A stretch of 42,981 bases of DNA, from IMG/VR virus record IMGVR_UViG_3300009537_000043, positions 1-42,981 of that record, one strand, 5' to 3'. Under the pieces are notes generated by a model, which worked only from the letters and a program-made list of their open reading frames with translations, searched no databases and was not told the origin of the DNA. The translations under genes and the position numbers were made by a program. Shown piece after piece: positions 1 through 8,119 of this stretch; the stretch's first letter is position 1, and each line of letters starts with the position of its first letter. The stretch is from a virus.

Positions 1-99
1 ATGAATTGCAAACCTTTACTGAAGGCGTTTGAACTAAACAAACTGAAAGAACCGAAATGAACTACGAATACGAATGCACCAACTGTGGAGAGGAGATAA
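1..99. repeat. Terminal overlap, copy 1 (identical to 42883-42981). Positions 1-60 are the 3' end of the CDS 42553..42942
   Basis: Read directly: the first 99 nt (atgaattgcaaaccttt...ggagaggagataa) recur exactly as the last 99 nt of the window. Confidence 0.95.
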
Positions 100-323
100 G
101 CTTCGAGTTTACTCCTGGTCGTTCTGCTCCTGTTTGTTCTAACCATGATTCACCTGCATTCAGTGACCCAGGAGACGGTCCTGAATGTGATGGACCTGAA
201 AATTGCTCTGCATGTGGAGCAGGAATAGACATCGAGAAGGTTATCGAACAAGCGGAACAATACTGTGCAGACAACCAACCAGATGAACCTGATTATGAAG
301 AACGTGACGAAGAGGAAGTGTGA
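57..323 (+). CDS. Small Cys-rich (zinc-ribbon-like) protein with an acidic C-terminus, function unknown
   Basis: The 88-aa ORF has CTNCG...CSNH...CSACG pairs and a C-terminal DEPDYEERDEEEV tail. ATGA overlap with the preceding gene across the circular junction. Confidence 0.5.
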   Translation: MNYEYECTNCGEEISFEFTPGRSAPVCSNHDSPAFSDPGDGPECDGPENCSACGAGIDIEKVIEQAEQYCADNQPDEPDYEERDEEEV

Positions 324-459
324 CCAGTGTTCAGAAGAATTTATTCCCACTTCTGAAGAACAGAAGCAATGTGAAGAATGTGAAGGAGTTTCACCTTGCT
401 GTGGAGTAGAATTTGACGAAGACATTCGCATCTGTCCATCATGCAAAGAACACATTTAA
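265..459 (+). CDS. Small Cys-rich zinc-finger-like protein. The true start is probably internal (ATG 295 or GTG 304)
   Basis: CDQC...CEEC...CCG...CPSC motifs. The 5' end overlaps ORF 57..323, so the start is uncertain. Confidence 0.4.
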   Translation: MQTTNQMNLIMKNVTKRKCDQCSEEFIPTSEEQKQCEECEGVSPCCGVEFDEDIRICPSCKEHI

Positions 460-851
460 TCATCTTAACAGCAATCCTAACATCTTGCTCGACTGGAACA
501 TCGAGCAGGAGTAAGGTGGACGTGGTTGCTCCACCAGTGCCTTCAATGGTTACTGCTACTCCATTGAAGGCACGCTCTTCTTTGAAACAACAAATTCTAG
601 CACCTGCGCCTTTAAATTTAGCGTTGGCATGGGATATTATGGAAGGTCGTGAGAATTGGAGATTGTTCACCATTTATTACAGCACTAATCCGGCAGGCCC
701 ATTTTCATATTACGACCAACTCTACATTGAGTATCCAACTAACATTACTATTCAATACCCTTTCCCTAATACCAATAGTCAGGGATTCTTCCACGTCGAA
801 GCTTATGACGTAATTAACCATCAGACAACACCAGTGACTACTAAGAAATAA
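441..851 (+). CDS. Early-arm lipoprotein with a beta-sandwich (FN3-like) mature domain
   Basis: N-terminus MQRTHLIILTAILTSC has a basic n-region, a hydrophobic core and an L-T-S-C lipobox. The mature part has a W...YY-S-T...FFHVEAYD pattern reminiscent of FN3. Confidence 0.6.
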   Translation: MQRTHLIILTAILTSCSTGTSSRSKVDVVAPPVPSMVTATPLKARSSLKQQILAPAPLNLALAWDIMEGRENWRLFTIYYSTNPAGPFSYYDQLYIEYPTNITIQYPFPNTNSQGFFHVEAYDVINHQTTPVTTKK

Positions 852-854
852 GAT

Positions 855-1802
855 ATGAAAGAACTAAGAAATCAGTTTGTAATGCGTCCAGACTTTCGCC
901 CCATGTTGGCGGCAGGAATCAAGGACATGACAAAACTCACACTACCGAAACTTGCTACACCAAAGCTAGACGGTATTCGATGTGTGACCAGAGAGAAACA
1001 GATACTCGATTTATTCGGCAAGTCAACAGTAGAGGCTGTTTCCAGGTCACTGACTTCCATCCCCAACAGATACGTGCAACAGGTTCTTGGTGAGTATGAC
1101 CTGACAGGTCTTGATGGTGAACTCATTACATACACAGATGGTGTAATGGATGAATACTATCAGGTTGAATCCAAGATTATGTCACGTGACGGGACACCGG
1201 ATTTTAAGTTCCATGTCTTCGACCTTGTTGAACCATTACCCTATTGGGACAGGATGGAGTGGTTGAAGGATAAGCTCGTCTTTCCAGAAACTTCGCGGCT
1301 ACTCAAGGTTCTCCCTGTTCTAATCCAATCCATTGAGCAGTTAAATGCTTATGAAGAAGCTTGTCTCCAACTTGGGTTCGAGGGTGTCATGCTTCGAGAT
1401 ATTGATGGTCCATATAAGTTTGGACGGTCAACATTCAACCAGCAATGGTTACTCAAATTGAAACGGTTTGAAGATGCAGAGGCAACCATCATTGGTTTCG
1501 AGGAACTCATGGTCAATGGGAACGAGGCTGTTACCAATGCTCTTGGTTTGTCGGAACGTTCATCCCATAAAGCCAATTTGATTCCTGGTGGTAAGCTTGG
1601 TGCGCTAATCGTTGTAGGACACAACGGTGTGCAGTTCAATATTGGGACAGGTTTCAATGATGAACAGAGACGGGATATTTGGATGAAACGTGACTCCTAC
1701 AAGTGTAAGCTTGTGAAGTTTAAATACCAACCACATGGACAGAAGGATGCACCGCGGTGTCCGGTATTTCTCGGCTTCCGGGAAGATATGGAGGTAATAT
1801 GA
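855..1802 (+). CDS. ATP-dependent DNA ligase
   Basis: Nucleotidyltransferase motifs: I PKLDGIR (KxDGxR), III FHVFDL, IV EGVMLR, V WLLKLKRF. The 315-aa size is typical of phage ligases. Confidence 0.9.
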   Translation: MKELRNQFVMRPDFRPMLAAGIKDMTKLTLPKLATPKLDGIRCVTREKQILDLFGKSTVEAVSRSLTSIPNRYVQQVLGEYDLTGLDGELITYTDGVMDEYYQVESKIMSRDGTPDFKFHVFDLVEPLPYWDRMEWLKDKLVFPETSRLLKVLPVLIQSIEQLNAYEEACLQLGFEGVMLRDIDGPYKFGRSTFNQQWLLKLKRFEDAEATIIGFEELMVNGNEAVTNALGLSERSSHKANLIPGGKLGALIVVGHNGVQFNIGTGFNDEQRRDIWMKRDSYKCKLVKFKYQPHGQKDAPRCPVFLGFREDMEVI

Positions 1803-2038
1803 ATACACTGCGATTCACTTCAAAGAATCCTATGAGGTGGAGAGAGTGCTGTCCAGATTGTGGATTCTTGTTAACAGAATTGGAATCTGCTATGTTGGAA
1901 AAGGTGAAGACGTTTGATTGTCCACGTTGCAAATCACATTATGCTATTGAAGATTTCAATTATGAGATGAACGAAAAGCATATGGCTCAACATCATAATC
2001 ATGCGAAAGCTGACCTATCACAAGAGGAGCAAGAATGA
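1799..2038 (+). CDS. Small zinc-ribbon protein
   Basis: CPDCGF...CPRCKSHY. ATG 1799 overlaps the ligase stop (ATGA) and follows a GGAGG at 1790-1794. The ORF track also offers an upstream start at 1757. Confidence 0.5.
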   Translation: MNTLRFTSKNPMRWRECCPDCGFLLTELESAMLEKVKTFDCPRCKSHYAIEDFNYEMNEKHMAQHHNHAKADLSQEEQE

Positions 2039-2412
2039 ATGTTAATTACGAAGAACTAATACGTAAGTTCCATGACAAGTTCCAACAGACCTACAAAGGT
2101 CCACCGAGAGTCTTGCCAGAAGAACTACAATGGAGACTCGACTTTATTTATGAGGAATTTACAGAGCTTGAAGAAGCTGTTGACCATGAAGATATTGTTA
2201 AGACCTACGATGCTCTTCTAGACCTGATGGTCGTCTGCATGGGGACAATTGACCTAATGGGACTCTCTATCAATAAGGGATTGTTCGAGGTTATGCGTTC
2301 CAATATGACCAAGGAACTCGGACCTATTGGAACAGGGAAATATGGTCGTGGTCTCCAAAAGGGAAAAGATTATCAACCACCAAACTTGGAGGTATTATGT
2401 CAGGTAGATTAA
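2035..2412 (+). CDS. MazG-like all-alpha nucleoside triphosphate pyrophosphohydrolase
   Basis: 125 aa with acidic helix motifs (EEFTELEEAVDHED ... DALLDL) typical of the MazG/HisE fold. AGGAG lies upstream, with ATGA coupling to the previous gene. Confidence 0.65.
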   Translation: MNVNYEELIRKFHDKFQQTYKGPPRVLPEELQWRLDFIYEEFTELEEAVDHEDIVKTYDALLDLMVVCMGTIDLMGLSINKGLFEVMRSNMTKELGPIGTGKYGRGLQKGKDYQPPNLEVLCQVD

Positions 2413-2963
2413 TCATTGTCGAAGGTCCAGATGAATGCGGAAAGTCAACTCTTGTTAAGGTGTTGACAAAAACTCTTCATCTAGTTCCATTTCATTGCAC
2501 AGCTAGTCGAGCCTTATTCCCTGCTCTACCTGACTACCATAAGAACATCATGTTTAATGTGAAGGAAATGTTGAAAGAAGGACATGATGTAATTCTAGAC
2601 AGGTATTGGCCTAGTGAAGTATGTTATGGGCCTATCATGGGACGAGGAAATCATTACTGGACTACCGCATTGGAGCTTATTAAGGAAATTAAGAAGCTAA
2701 ATCACGTGTATATCTTTTGTAATTCTGAATATGCGTGGTCTAGATATGAACAAGGACACACAGACCCTGCACACTCATTAACAAAAGAACAATACGAACA
2801 AATCGCAAATAACTACTTACAACTAAAATATGAACTCAAAGAATACATCGAATACAACGTCGAAACCCATGGAACAAGAGACAATATTACCGAATTTATT
2901 TCATCCATCGAGAACTTTTTTAAACTTAGACATCAATCAAATATGGTTGAAAGTGTTGGCTGA
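2397..2963 (+). CDS. Thymidylate-kinase-like dNMP kinase
   Basis: P-loop IIVEGPDECGKSTL resembles the Tmk signature (EGxDGxGKST). 188 aa. GGAGG lies 5 nt upstream of the ATG. Confidence 0.7.
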   Translation: MSGRLIIVEGPDECGKSTLVKVLTKTLHLVPFHCTASRALFPALPDYHKNIMFNVKEMLKEGHDVILDRYWPSEVCYGPIMGRGNHYWTTALELIKEIKKLNHVYIFCNSEYAWSRYEQGHTDPAHSLTKEQYEQIANNYLQLKYELKEYIEYNVETHGTRDNITEFISSIENFFKLRHQSNMVESVG

Positions 2964-3723
2964 TATCATTAACTATGGAAACAGTGTCAATCCACGTGGT
3001 CAGGAGACTTTCGAGATTCTGAACTACACTACACGTGTTCCCATGAATCGTGCAGCATTGTCCGTAGTGAACAGAGAGCTTGGATACAAGTTTCTGTTTG
3101 CAGAGGCTTGGTGGATTCTCATGGGTGACAACCGTGTTTCAACTATCGAGCCTTACTCAGGACAAATTGCCTCATTCTCTGACAATGGAATCACCTTTGA
3201 TGGAGCATATGGACCTGAAGTAATTAGTCAATTAGACCACATAGTGGACACACTCCACAAGTCTCCTGACTCTCGACAGGGTGTAATGACTATATGGAAA
3301 AAGAATCCTCGTAAGAGTAAGGATATTCCTTGCACTATCTCTGACCAGTTTCTGATTCGTGACAACAAGCTTCATGTTATCCACAATATGAGAAGCTCAG
3401 ACATCTGGCTTGGTTGGCCCTATGATGTATTTAACTTTTCCATGATTTCACTCTATATTGTGAAGGCATTGAATAAGTGGATGCCAACCCTGGACCTTGG
3501 TGACTTGTATCTTAATGCCGGCAGTCAACATCTGTATCGTAAAAACATTGCAGGAGCGCAACGATGCTTGACTGCTCCTCATTCCTGGGATTATAAACCA
3601 CTTAACGTGAATGAGTTCAGAGATAGTAATGATGTCTTGGCTTACTTGGATTCCATGAAAGACAAGAATATCAAAGCAACAACAGTGAGCTATTTGAAAG
3701 ACTTAGTCAAATCAGCAGGATAA
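2830..3723 (+). CDS. Thymidylate-synthase-superfamily enzyme, probably a dCMP 5-hydroxymethylase or 5-methylase rather than canonical ThyA. The start is uncertain (2830, 2869 or later)
   Basis: ThyA-family motifs AEAWWILMGDN, SPDSRQG, catalytic DIPCT, NMRSSD and GSQHLY. The core FLIRDNKLHVIHNMRSSDIWLGWPYD resembles recalled T4 gp42. The 5' 134 nt overlap the kinase gene. Confidence 0.8.
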   Translation: MNSKNTSNTTSKPMEQETILPNLFHPSRTFLNLDINQIWLKVLADIINYGNSVNPRGQETFEILNYTTRVPMNRAALSVVNRELGYKFLFAEAWWILMGDNRVSTIEPYSGQIASFSDNGITFDGAYGPEVISQLDHIVDTLHKSPDSRQGVMTIWKKNPRKSKDIPCTISDQFLIRDNKLHVIHNMRSSDIWLGWPYDVFNFSMISLYIVKALNKWMPTLDLGDLYLNAGSQHLYRKNIAGAQRCLTAPHSWDYKPLNVNEFRDSNDVLAYLDSMKDKNIKATTVSYLKDLVKSAG

Positions 3724-3724
3724 T

Positions 3725-4135
3725 ATGAACGATAGAATTATAGAATTAATGTATGTAGCCAAAAGTATTGCATCAGGGTCTCTTGACCCGTATAAGCAAG
3801 TAGGATGTCTTATTCTTGATGCTGATGGTGTGGTAATTTCAACAGGTATTAATCACTTAGATAGAACTGCCCCAGTTTCCTTATATAAGGAACGTGAAAA
3901 AAGACGTCCATACATGATTCATGCGGAACTAGCTGCTCTAGGTGACATTAACCGTCACCATGGACGGGGTCATACAGTAATAGTAACTCTACTTCCATGT
4001 GTTCATTGCATGACTGCTCTTGCAGCATTCAAGATTAAGGAAGTATATTATCGAGAAGCCTATGAGAAGGATTTAATGGCATTAGATGTCGCGATTCACC
4101 ATAACATTATCTGTCAACAGGTGACAATTCTATGA
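3725..4135 (+). CDS. dCMP (deoxycytidylate) deaminase
   Basis: Zinc-deaminase motifs HAELAAL (HAE) and LPCVHCMTAL (PCxxC). 136 aa. Confidence 0.85.
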   Translation: MNDRIIELMYVAKSIASGSLDPYKQVGCLILDADGVVISTGINHLDRTAPVSLYKEREKRRPYMIHAELAALGDINRHHGRGHTVIVTLLPCVHCMTALAAFKIKEVYYREAYEKDLMALDVAIHHNIICQQVTIL

Positions 4136-6000
4136 CTGGTATCAATCTAACATTATTTGAACCTGTCTCAGATTGGAAACCTGAGTTGAAGTTTCCAAGT
4201 CTTGAGGGTGTCAGGTCTATGGCCATAGACTTGGAAACAAAAGACCCTAATATTGAAGATAAAGGTCCAGGCAGTATCCGTAAGGATGGATACCCTGTCG
4301 GTGTTTCAATAGCCACTAATACAGGTTTCAAGGCTTACTATCCTTTTGCTCATGAGTTGGGTGGAAACCTGCCAAAAGAGAACGTGCTTAACTTCCTACG
4401 TGAGATAGCAGGAAGAACAGATATAGAGAAGGTAGGCGCGAATTTCGTATATGACCTTGAATGGCTAAGGTTCATGGGCATCACTCTCAAAGGTCAGCTT
4501 CGAGATGTGCAGATTGCTGAGTCTCTGATTGACGAGGAGTCTTTACAGGGTTATAGTCTATCTGCTCTAGGTCTGAAGTATCTTGGACATAAGAAAAATG
4601 AAGAGTTGCTGAACTTGGCTGCCTCTGCTTATGGTGTCCATCCTAAGAACGACATGTGGAGATTGCATTCTAAATATGTAGGTCCATATGCACAGGCTGA
4701 TGCTGCTATGACCTTGGCAATCTATGACAAGCAGCAAGATGTTCTTACATCTGAGGGTATATGGTCTGTCTTTAACATGGAATGTGAATTGATTCCTATT
4801 GTCCTAGAGATGAGGCTGAAAGGTGTGAGGGTTGACCTTGATGCTGCAGAAATTCTCCGTAAGGAATTGAAGAAGGAAGAAGAGAGTGTTCTGCATGCTA
4901 TCTTTGCTGAGACTGGATTCAATGTAAATGTCAGGTCATCAGACCATATTGAACGAGTGTGCAGGAAATTTGGTTATGAATACTCCAGAACAGAAAAGGG
5001 AAACCCTAGCTTCGATAAGAACTTTCTCAAAAATAGCGACAATTCATTTTTCAGGAAAGTTCTTCAAGCTAGAAACCTTAACACGCTTCGCTGCAACTTC
5101 ATCGAAGAAACAATTTTCGGAAATCATGTTAATGGGCGCATACATGCAGAGTTCCATCAAACGAGAAGCGACCAGGATGGAACAAGGACTGGACGATTCG
5201 CTGTCAGTAACCCCAATCTCCAGCAAATACCGTCAAGACATGAAATGGCTCACAAAATCAGAGCCTTGTTCGTGCCTAATCATGGAGAGAAATGGGCCAA
5301 GCTTGACTACTCTCAACAAGAACCTCGTATCTTGACTCACTATGGTGTCTTGATGAAGCTGCTTGGTGCAGATAAAATCAGAGACGCATATCTAGCTGAC
5401 AAGAAAACTGACTTTTATCCTCTGGTTGCGAAAGCAGCAGGTCTTCCCAGGAAACCAGCTAAAGACCTGACACTAGGTATCTGCTACGGTGAGGGTAAGG
5501 ATAAGATTTCACGTGACCTAGGTTTCACGATGGAGAAGTCTATGGAAGTTCTCAAGATTTTCAATGAGGCTAATCCCTTCATTAAACAACTCTCTGACAT
5601 CTGTATGGAATTAGCAGAGAAGAGAGGTTATATCAAGACCCTGCTTGGTCGTAAGAGAAGATTCAACCTATGGGAACTTAAAAGGAAAGATTACCATAGC
5701 TACCCTCTTCCATTGAATAAGGCTAGGGAGAAGTATCCCTCTGCTCCATTAAAACGGGCATACACCTACAAGGCTCTTAATGCCTTGATTCAAGGTTCAG
5801 CTGCAGACATGACTAAGGCAGCAATGATTCAAAATTTCAAACAGCATGGAGAAATTCCCCTGTTAACCGTTCATGATGAACTAGACCACTCTGTCACCTG
5901 CGAGGAACAAGCATTAAAGATACAACATGTAATGGAGAACTGTGTGCAGGTCACAGTTCCGATTTACGCTGAACTAGAACTAGGAGACCACTGGAAATGA
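4132..6000 (+). CDS. Family A DNA polymerase with 3'-5' exonuclease domain
   Basis: Exo I MAIDLETKD. Pol motif A LDYSQQEPRIL, motif B RKPAKDLTLGICYG, motif C LTVHDEL. Confidence 0.95.
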   Translation: MTGINLTLFEPVSDWKPELKFPSLEGVRSMAIDLETKDPNIEDKGPGSIRKDGYPVGVSIATNTGFKAYYPFAHELGGNLPKENVLNFLREIAGRTDIEKVGANFVYDLEWLRFMGITLKGQLRDVQIAESLIDEESLQGYSLSALGLKYLGHKKNEELLNLAASAYGVHPKNDMWRLHSKYVGPYAQADAAMTLAIYDKQQDVLTSEGIWSVFNMECELIPIVLEMRLKGVRVDLDAAEILRKELKKEEESVLHAIFAETGFNVNVRSSDHIERVCRKFGYEYSRTEKGNPSFDKNFLKNSDNSFFRKVLQARNLNTLRCNFIEETIFGNHVNGRIHAEFHQTRSDQDGTRTGRFAVSNPNLQQIPSRHEMAHKIRALFVPNHGEKWAKLDYSQQEPRILTHYGVLMKLLGADKIRDAYLADKKTDFYPLVAKAAGLPRKPAKDLTLGICYGEGKDKISRDLGFTMEKSMEVLKIFNEANPFIKQLSDICMELAEKRGYIKTLLGRKRRFNLWELKRKDYHSYPLPLNKAREKYPSAPLKRAYTYKALNALIQGSAADMTKAAMIQNFKQHGEIPLLTVHDELDHSVTCEEQALKIQHVMENCVQVTVPIYAELELGDHWK

Positions 6001-6377
6001 CACCTGAGAAAAGATTTTGGGTTTATCTTAGAGAGCATGGTTTCGATGGCCATGTAACTCGAATTGAGAATACTGCCGGCATTGGAACACCAGACGTGAA
6101 CCTTGTCCGAAAGGGTTGTGAGATGTGGCTTGAGTTGAAAGTAGCTCCTCCAGGTAAAGTCTTGATTCGTAAGGAACAAAGGGTATGGGGTTATCATCAT
6201 GCCAAAAACGGTGGTAACGTGTATGTGTTATCACTATGGGAGAAAGTTATCAATGTGTATATGTATCCACTTGAAACAGAGAAGCACGATGACAAGTATC
6301 AGAAAATAACATCAGAACCAATTGCAGTATTCCATCAACATGAAGTAGAGAAATTATTGAACTTTATAACTATATGA
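5997..6377 (+). CDS. PD-(D/E)xK nuclease (VRR-NUC-like)
   Basis: GIGTPDVNLV...MWLELKV fits PD...(D/E)xK. 126 aa. ATGA coupling to the polymerase gene. Confidence 0.55.
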   Translation: MTPEKRFWVYLREHGFDGHVTRIENTAGIGTPDVNLVRKGCEMWLELKVAPPGKVLIRKEQRVWGYHHAKNGGNVYVLSLWEKVINVYMYPLETEKHDDKYQKITSEPIAVFHQHEVEKLLNFITI

Positions 6378-6679
6378 AACAAACAGTATTCGTGGTCCAA
6401 GAGACCGAACACAACATTGAACTTGCTAGGGAATATGGAGATTTCCATGTTATCCTAACCTATAAAGACATTGAAAAGGGAACTGAGCACATGCTCGCAA
6501 AGATACAGAGACACCTTGAAGGAGTAGTTAATTGGAAGGACTACATCCTCTGTGTTGGAGACCCTGTTGCAATAGGTCTGACTCTCGTAGTAGCACTTGG
6601 ATACACTAATGGAGTGATTAATGTGCTACGGTGGGACAAGAGAAGTTACAAATACAAAACAGATGAAATCAAACTATGA
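6374..6679 (+). CDS. Hypothetical protein
   Basis: 101-aa ORF, translationally coupled on both sides (ATGA overlaps). No motif recognised. Confidence 0.5.
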   Translation: MKQTVFVVQETEHNIELAREYGDFHVILTYKDIEKGTEHMLAKIQRHLEGVVNWKDYILCVGDPVAIGLTLVVALGYTNGVINVLRWDKRSYKYKTDEIKL

Positions 6680-7197
6680 ACGCAGAACTAAAAGACATCA
6701 AAGAACTCGTTCGCTTTACTCAACAATTGCAGGCTGAGATAGAGCAAGATGAGACCAAGCTCCAGGCAAAGAAAGACAGGCTGGAGTTGTTCATGACAGA
6801 CCTTATACCTGACTTTATTCTAGGTATGGGTTTGTCGGAAGTTAAACTGGATACAGGTGAAACTATATCCGTGGGAACGAAATATTTCGGTAATATTTCA
6901 AAGGACAGAGCGGAAGCTGCTTTCAAGTGGCTTCGAGAACACGAGCATGGTTCGTTAATCAAGACATCTGTTTCTGCTACCTTCGGTGCAGGACTAGACG
7001 AACAGGTTGACTACACATTGCTGAAGCAATTTATCGAAGAGAATGAAATAGGTGCTGAGATGCAGGACAAGGTCCATCCTCAGACACTGAAATCATTCAT
7101 CAAGAACTCCATGGAAAATGGAGTAAAATTTCCCTATGAACTCTTTGGCGTTTATGTGGCCAAGGAATTAGTAGTGGAGAAACCAAAAACAAAGTAA
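6676..7197 (+). CDS. Hypothetical protein with an N-terminal coiled coil
   Basis: 173-aa ORF in the replication block. No motif recognised. Confidence 0.5.
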   Translation: MNAELKDIKELVRFTQQLQAEIEQDETKLQAKKDRLELFMTDLIPDFILGMGLSEVKLDTGETISVGTKYFGNISKDRAEAAFKWLREHEHGSLIKTSVSATFGAGLDEQVDYTLLKQFIEENEIGAEMQDKVHPQTLKSFIKNSMENGVKFPYELFGVYVAKELVVEKPKTK

Positions 7198-7209
7198 TAC
7201 CATAATACA

Positions 7210-8058
7210 ATGAAACAAACAAAGACAAAACAGATGGATACAGCACCCGTTGTGGACGAAACAGAATACAATTGGGGTGAAGAACAGGGAGCAACAGGGT
7301 TTGAGGCAACCCGTCAAGAGGACTTGGGGATTCCGTTCCTGAGCCTGCTCCAGAAAGGTTCACCTGAAGTGGACGAAACACACAAGAACCATGAACTCAA
7401 GAAAATTGAGGGTGCGAAAGGTGGTATGTTGATTAACACCGTCACCCGTGAGATTCTCTACACCCGTGAAGGCGAGCCTCTCAAGTTCGTCCCAGTGTTC
7501 CATGAGAAGCTGTTCCAGGAATGGAAGCCTCGTAACCTGGGAGGAGGGTTTGTTGCTTCTCATAAGAGTCCCATCATTCTGAGCAAGTGCATTCGCAACT
7601 CGGATAACCAGGATATGTTGCCTAACGGTAACGAAATCAAAACCACGTCATACTTCTATGGGTTCGCCTTGATTGAAGGACAAGAGCCTGTTCGTATGAT
7701 TATTGCCTTGACCTCTACTCAGTTGAAGAAAGGTCGTGGTTGGTTGAATATGATGCAGACCATCAAGGTGAACGGTAAGACTCCACCAATGTATAGCCAC
7801 GTGTATAATATCACGTCTGACATTGAGAAGAACAATGACGGTAGTTGGTTTGGTTGGCACTTCGAGATTGACCGCATGTTGAATAAGAACGACATGGCTC
7901 TAATCGAGGTTGCCCGTAACGTTGCTACTGAATGTGCGGCTACCAAACTCGCTGCTCCTGAACCTGTTGAGCAACTTGCTGAACACAATGATGGAGAGCC
8001 TACTGAAGCTGATGAACGTGCAGATGCAGAAGCACGTATGGCAGCACGTCGTCGTTAA
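7210..8058 (+). CDS. Hypothetical replication-module protein (possibly ssDNA-binding or annealing, unproven)
   Basis: 282-aa ORF between replication genes, with a charged C-terminal tail, followed by a strong hairpin terminator. The functional guess rests on position only. Confidence 0.55.
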   Translation: MKQTKTKQMDTAPVVDETEYNWGEEQGATGFEATRQEDLGIPFLSLLQKGSPEVDETHKNHELKKIEGAKGGMLINTVTREILYTREGEPLKFVPVFHEKLFQEWKPRNLGGGFVASHKSPIILSKCIRNSDNQDMLPNGNEIKTTSYFYGFALIEGQEPVRMIIALTSTQLKKGRGWLNMMQTIKVNGKTPPMYSHVYNITSDIEKNNDGSWFGWHFEIDRMLNKNDMALIEVARNVATECAATKLAAPEPVEQLAEHNDGEPTEADERADAEARMAARRR

Positions 8059-8078
8059 TTCCACAAGTTAACCATCAC

Positions 8079-8110
8079 GATTGCCCTACGGTTCATCCCG
8101 TAGGGCAATC
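8079..8110 (+). terminator. Hairpin terminator after 7210..8058
   Basis: 13-bp perfect stem gattgccctacgg / ccgtagggcaatc with a 6-nt loop, followed by cttt. Confidence 0.65.
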
Positions 8111-8119
8111 CTTTAAATA

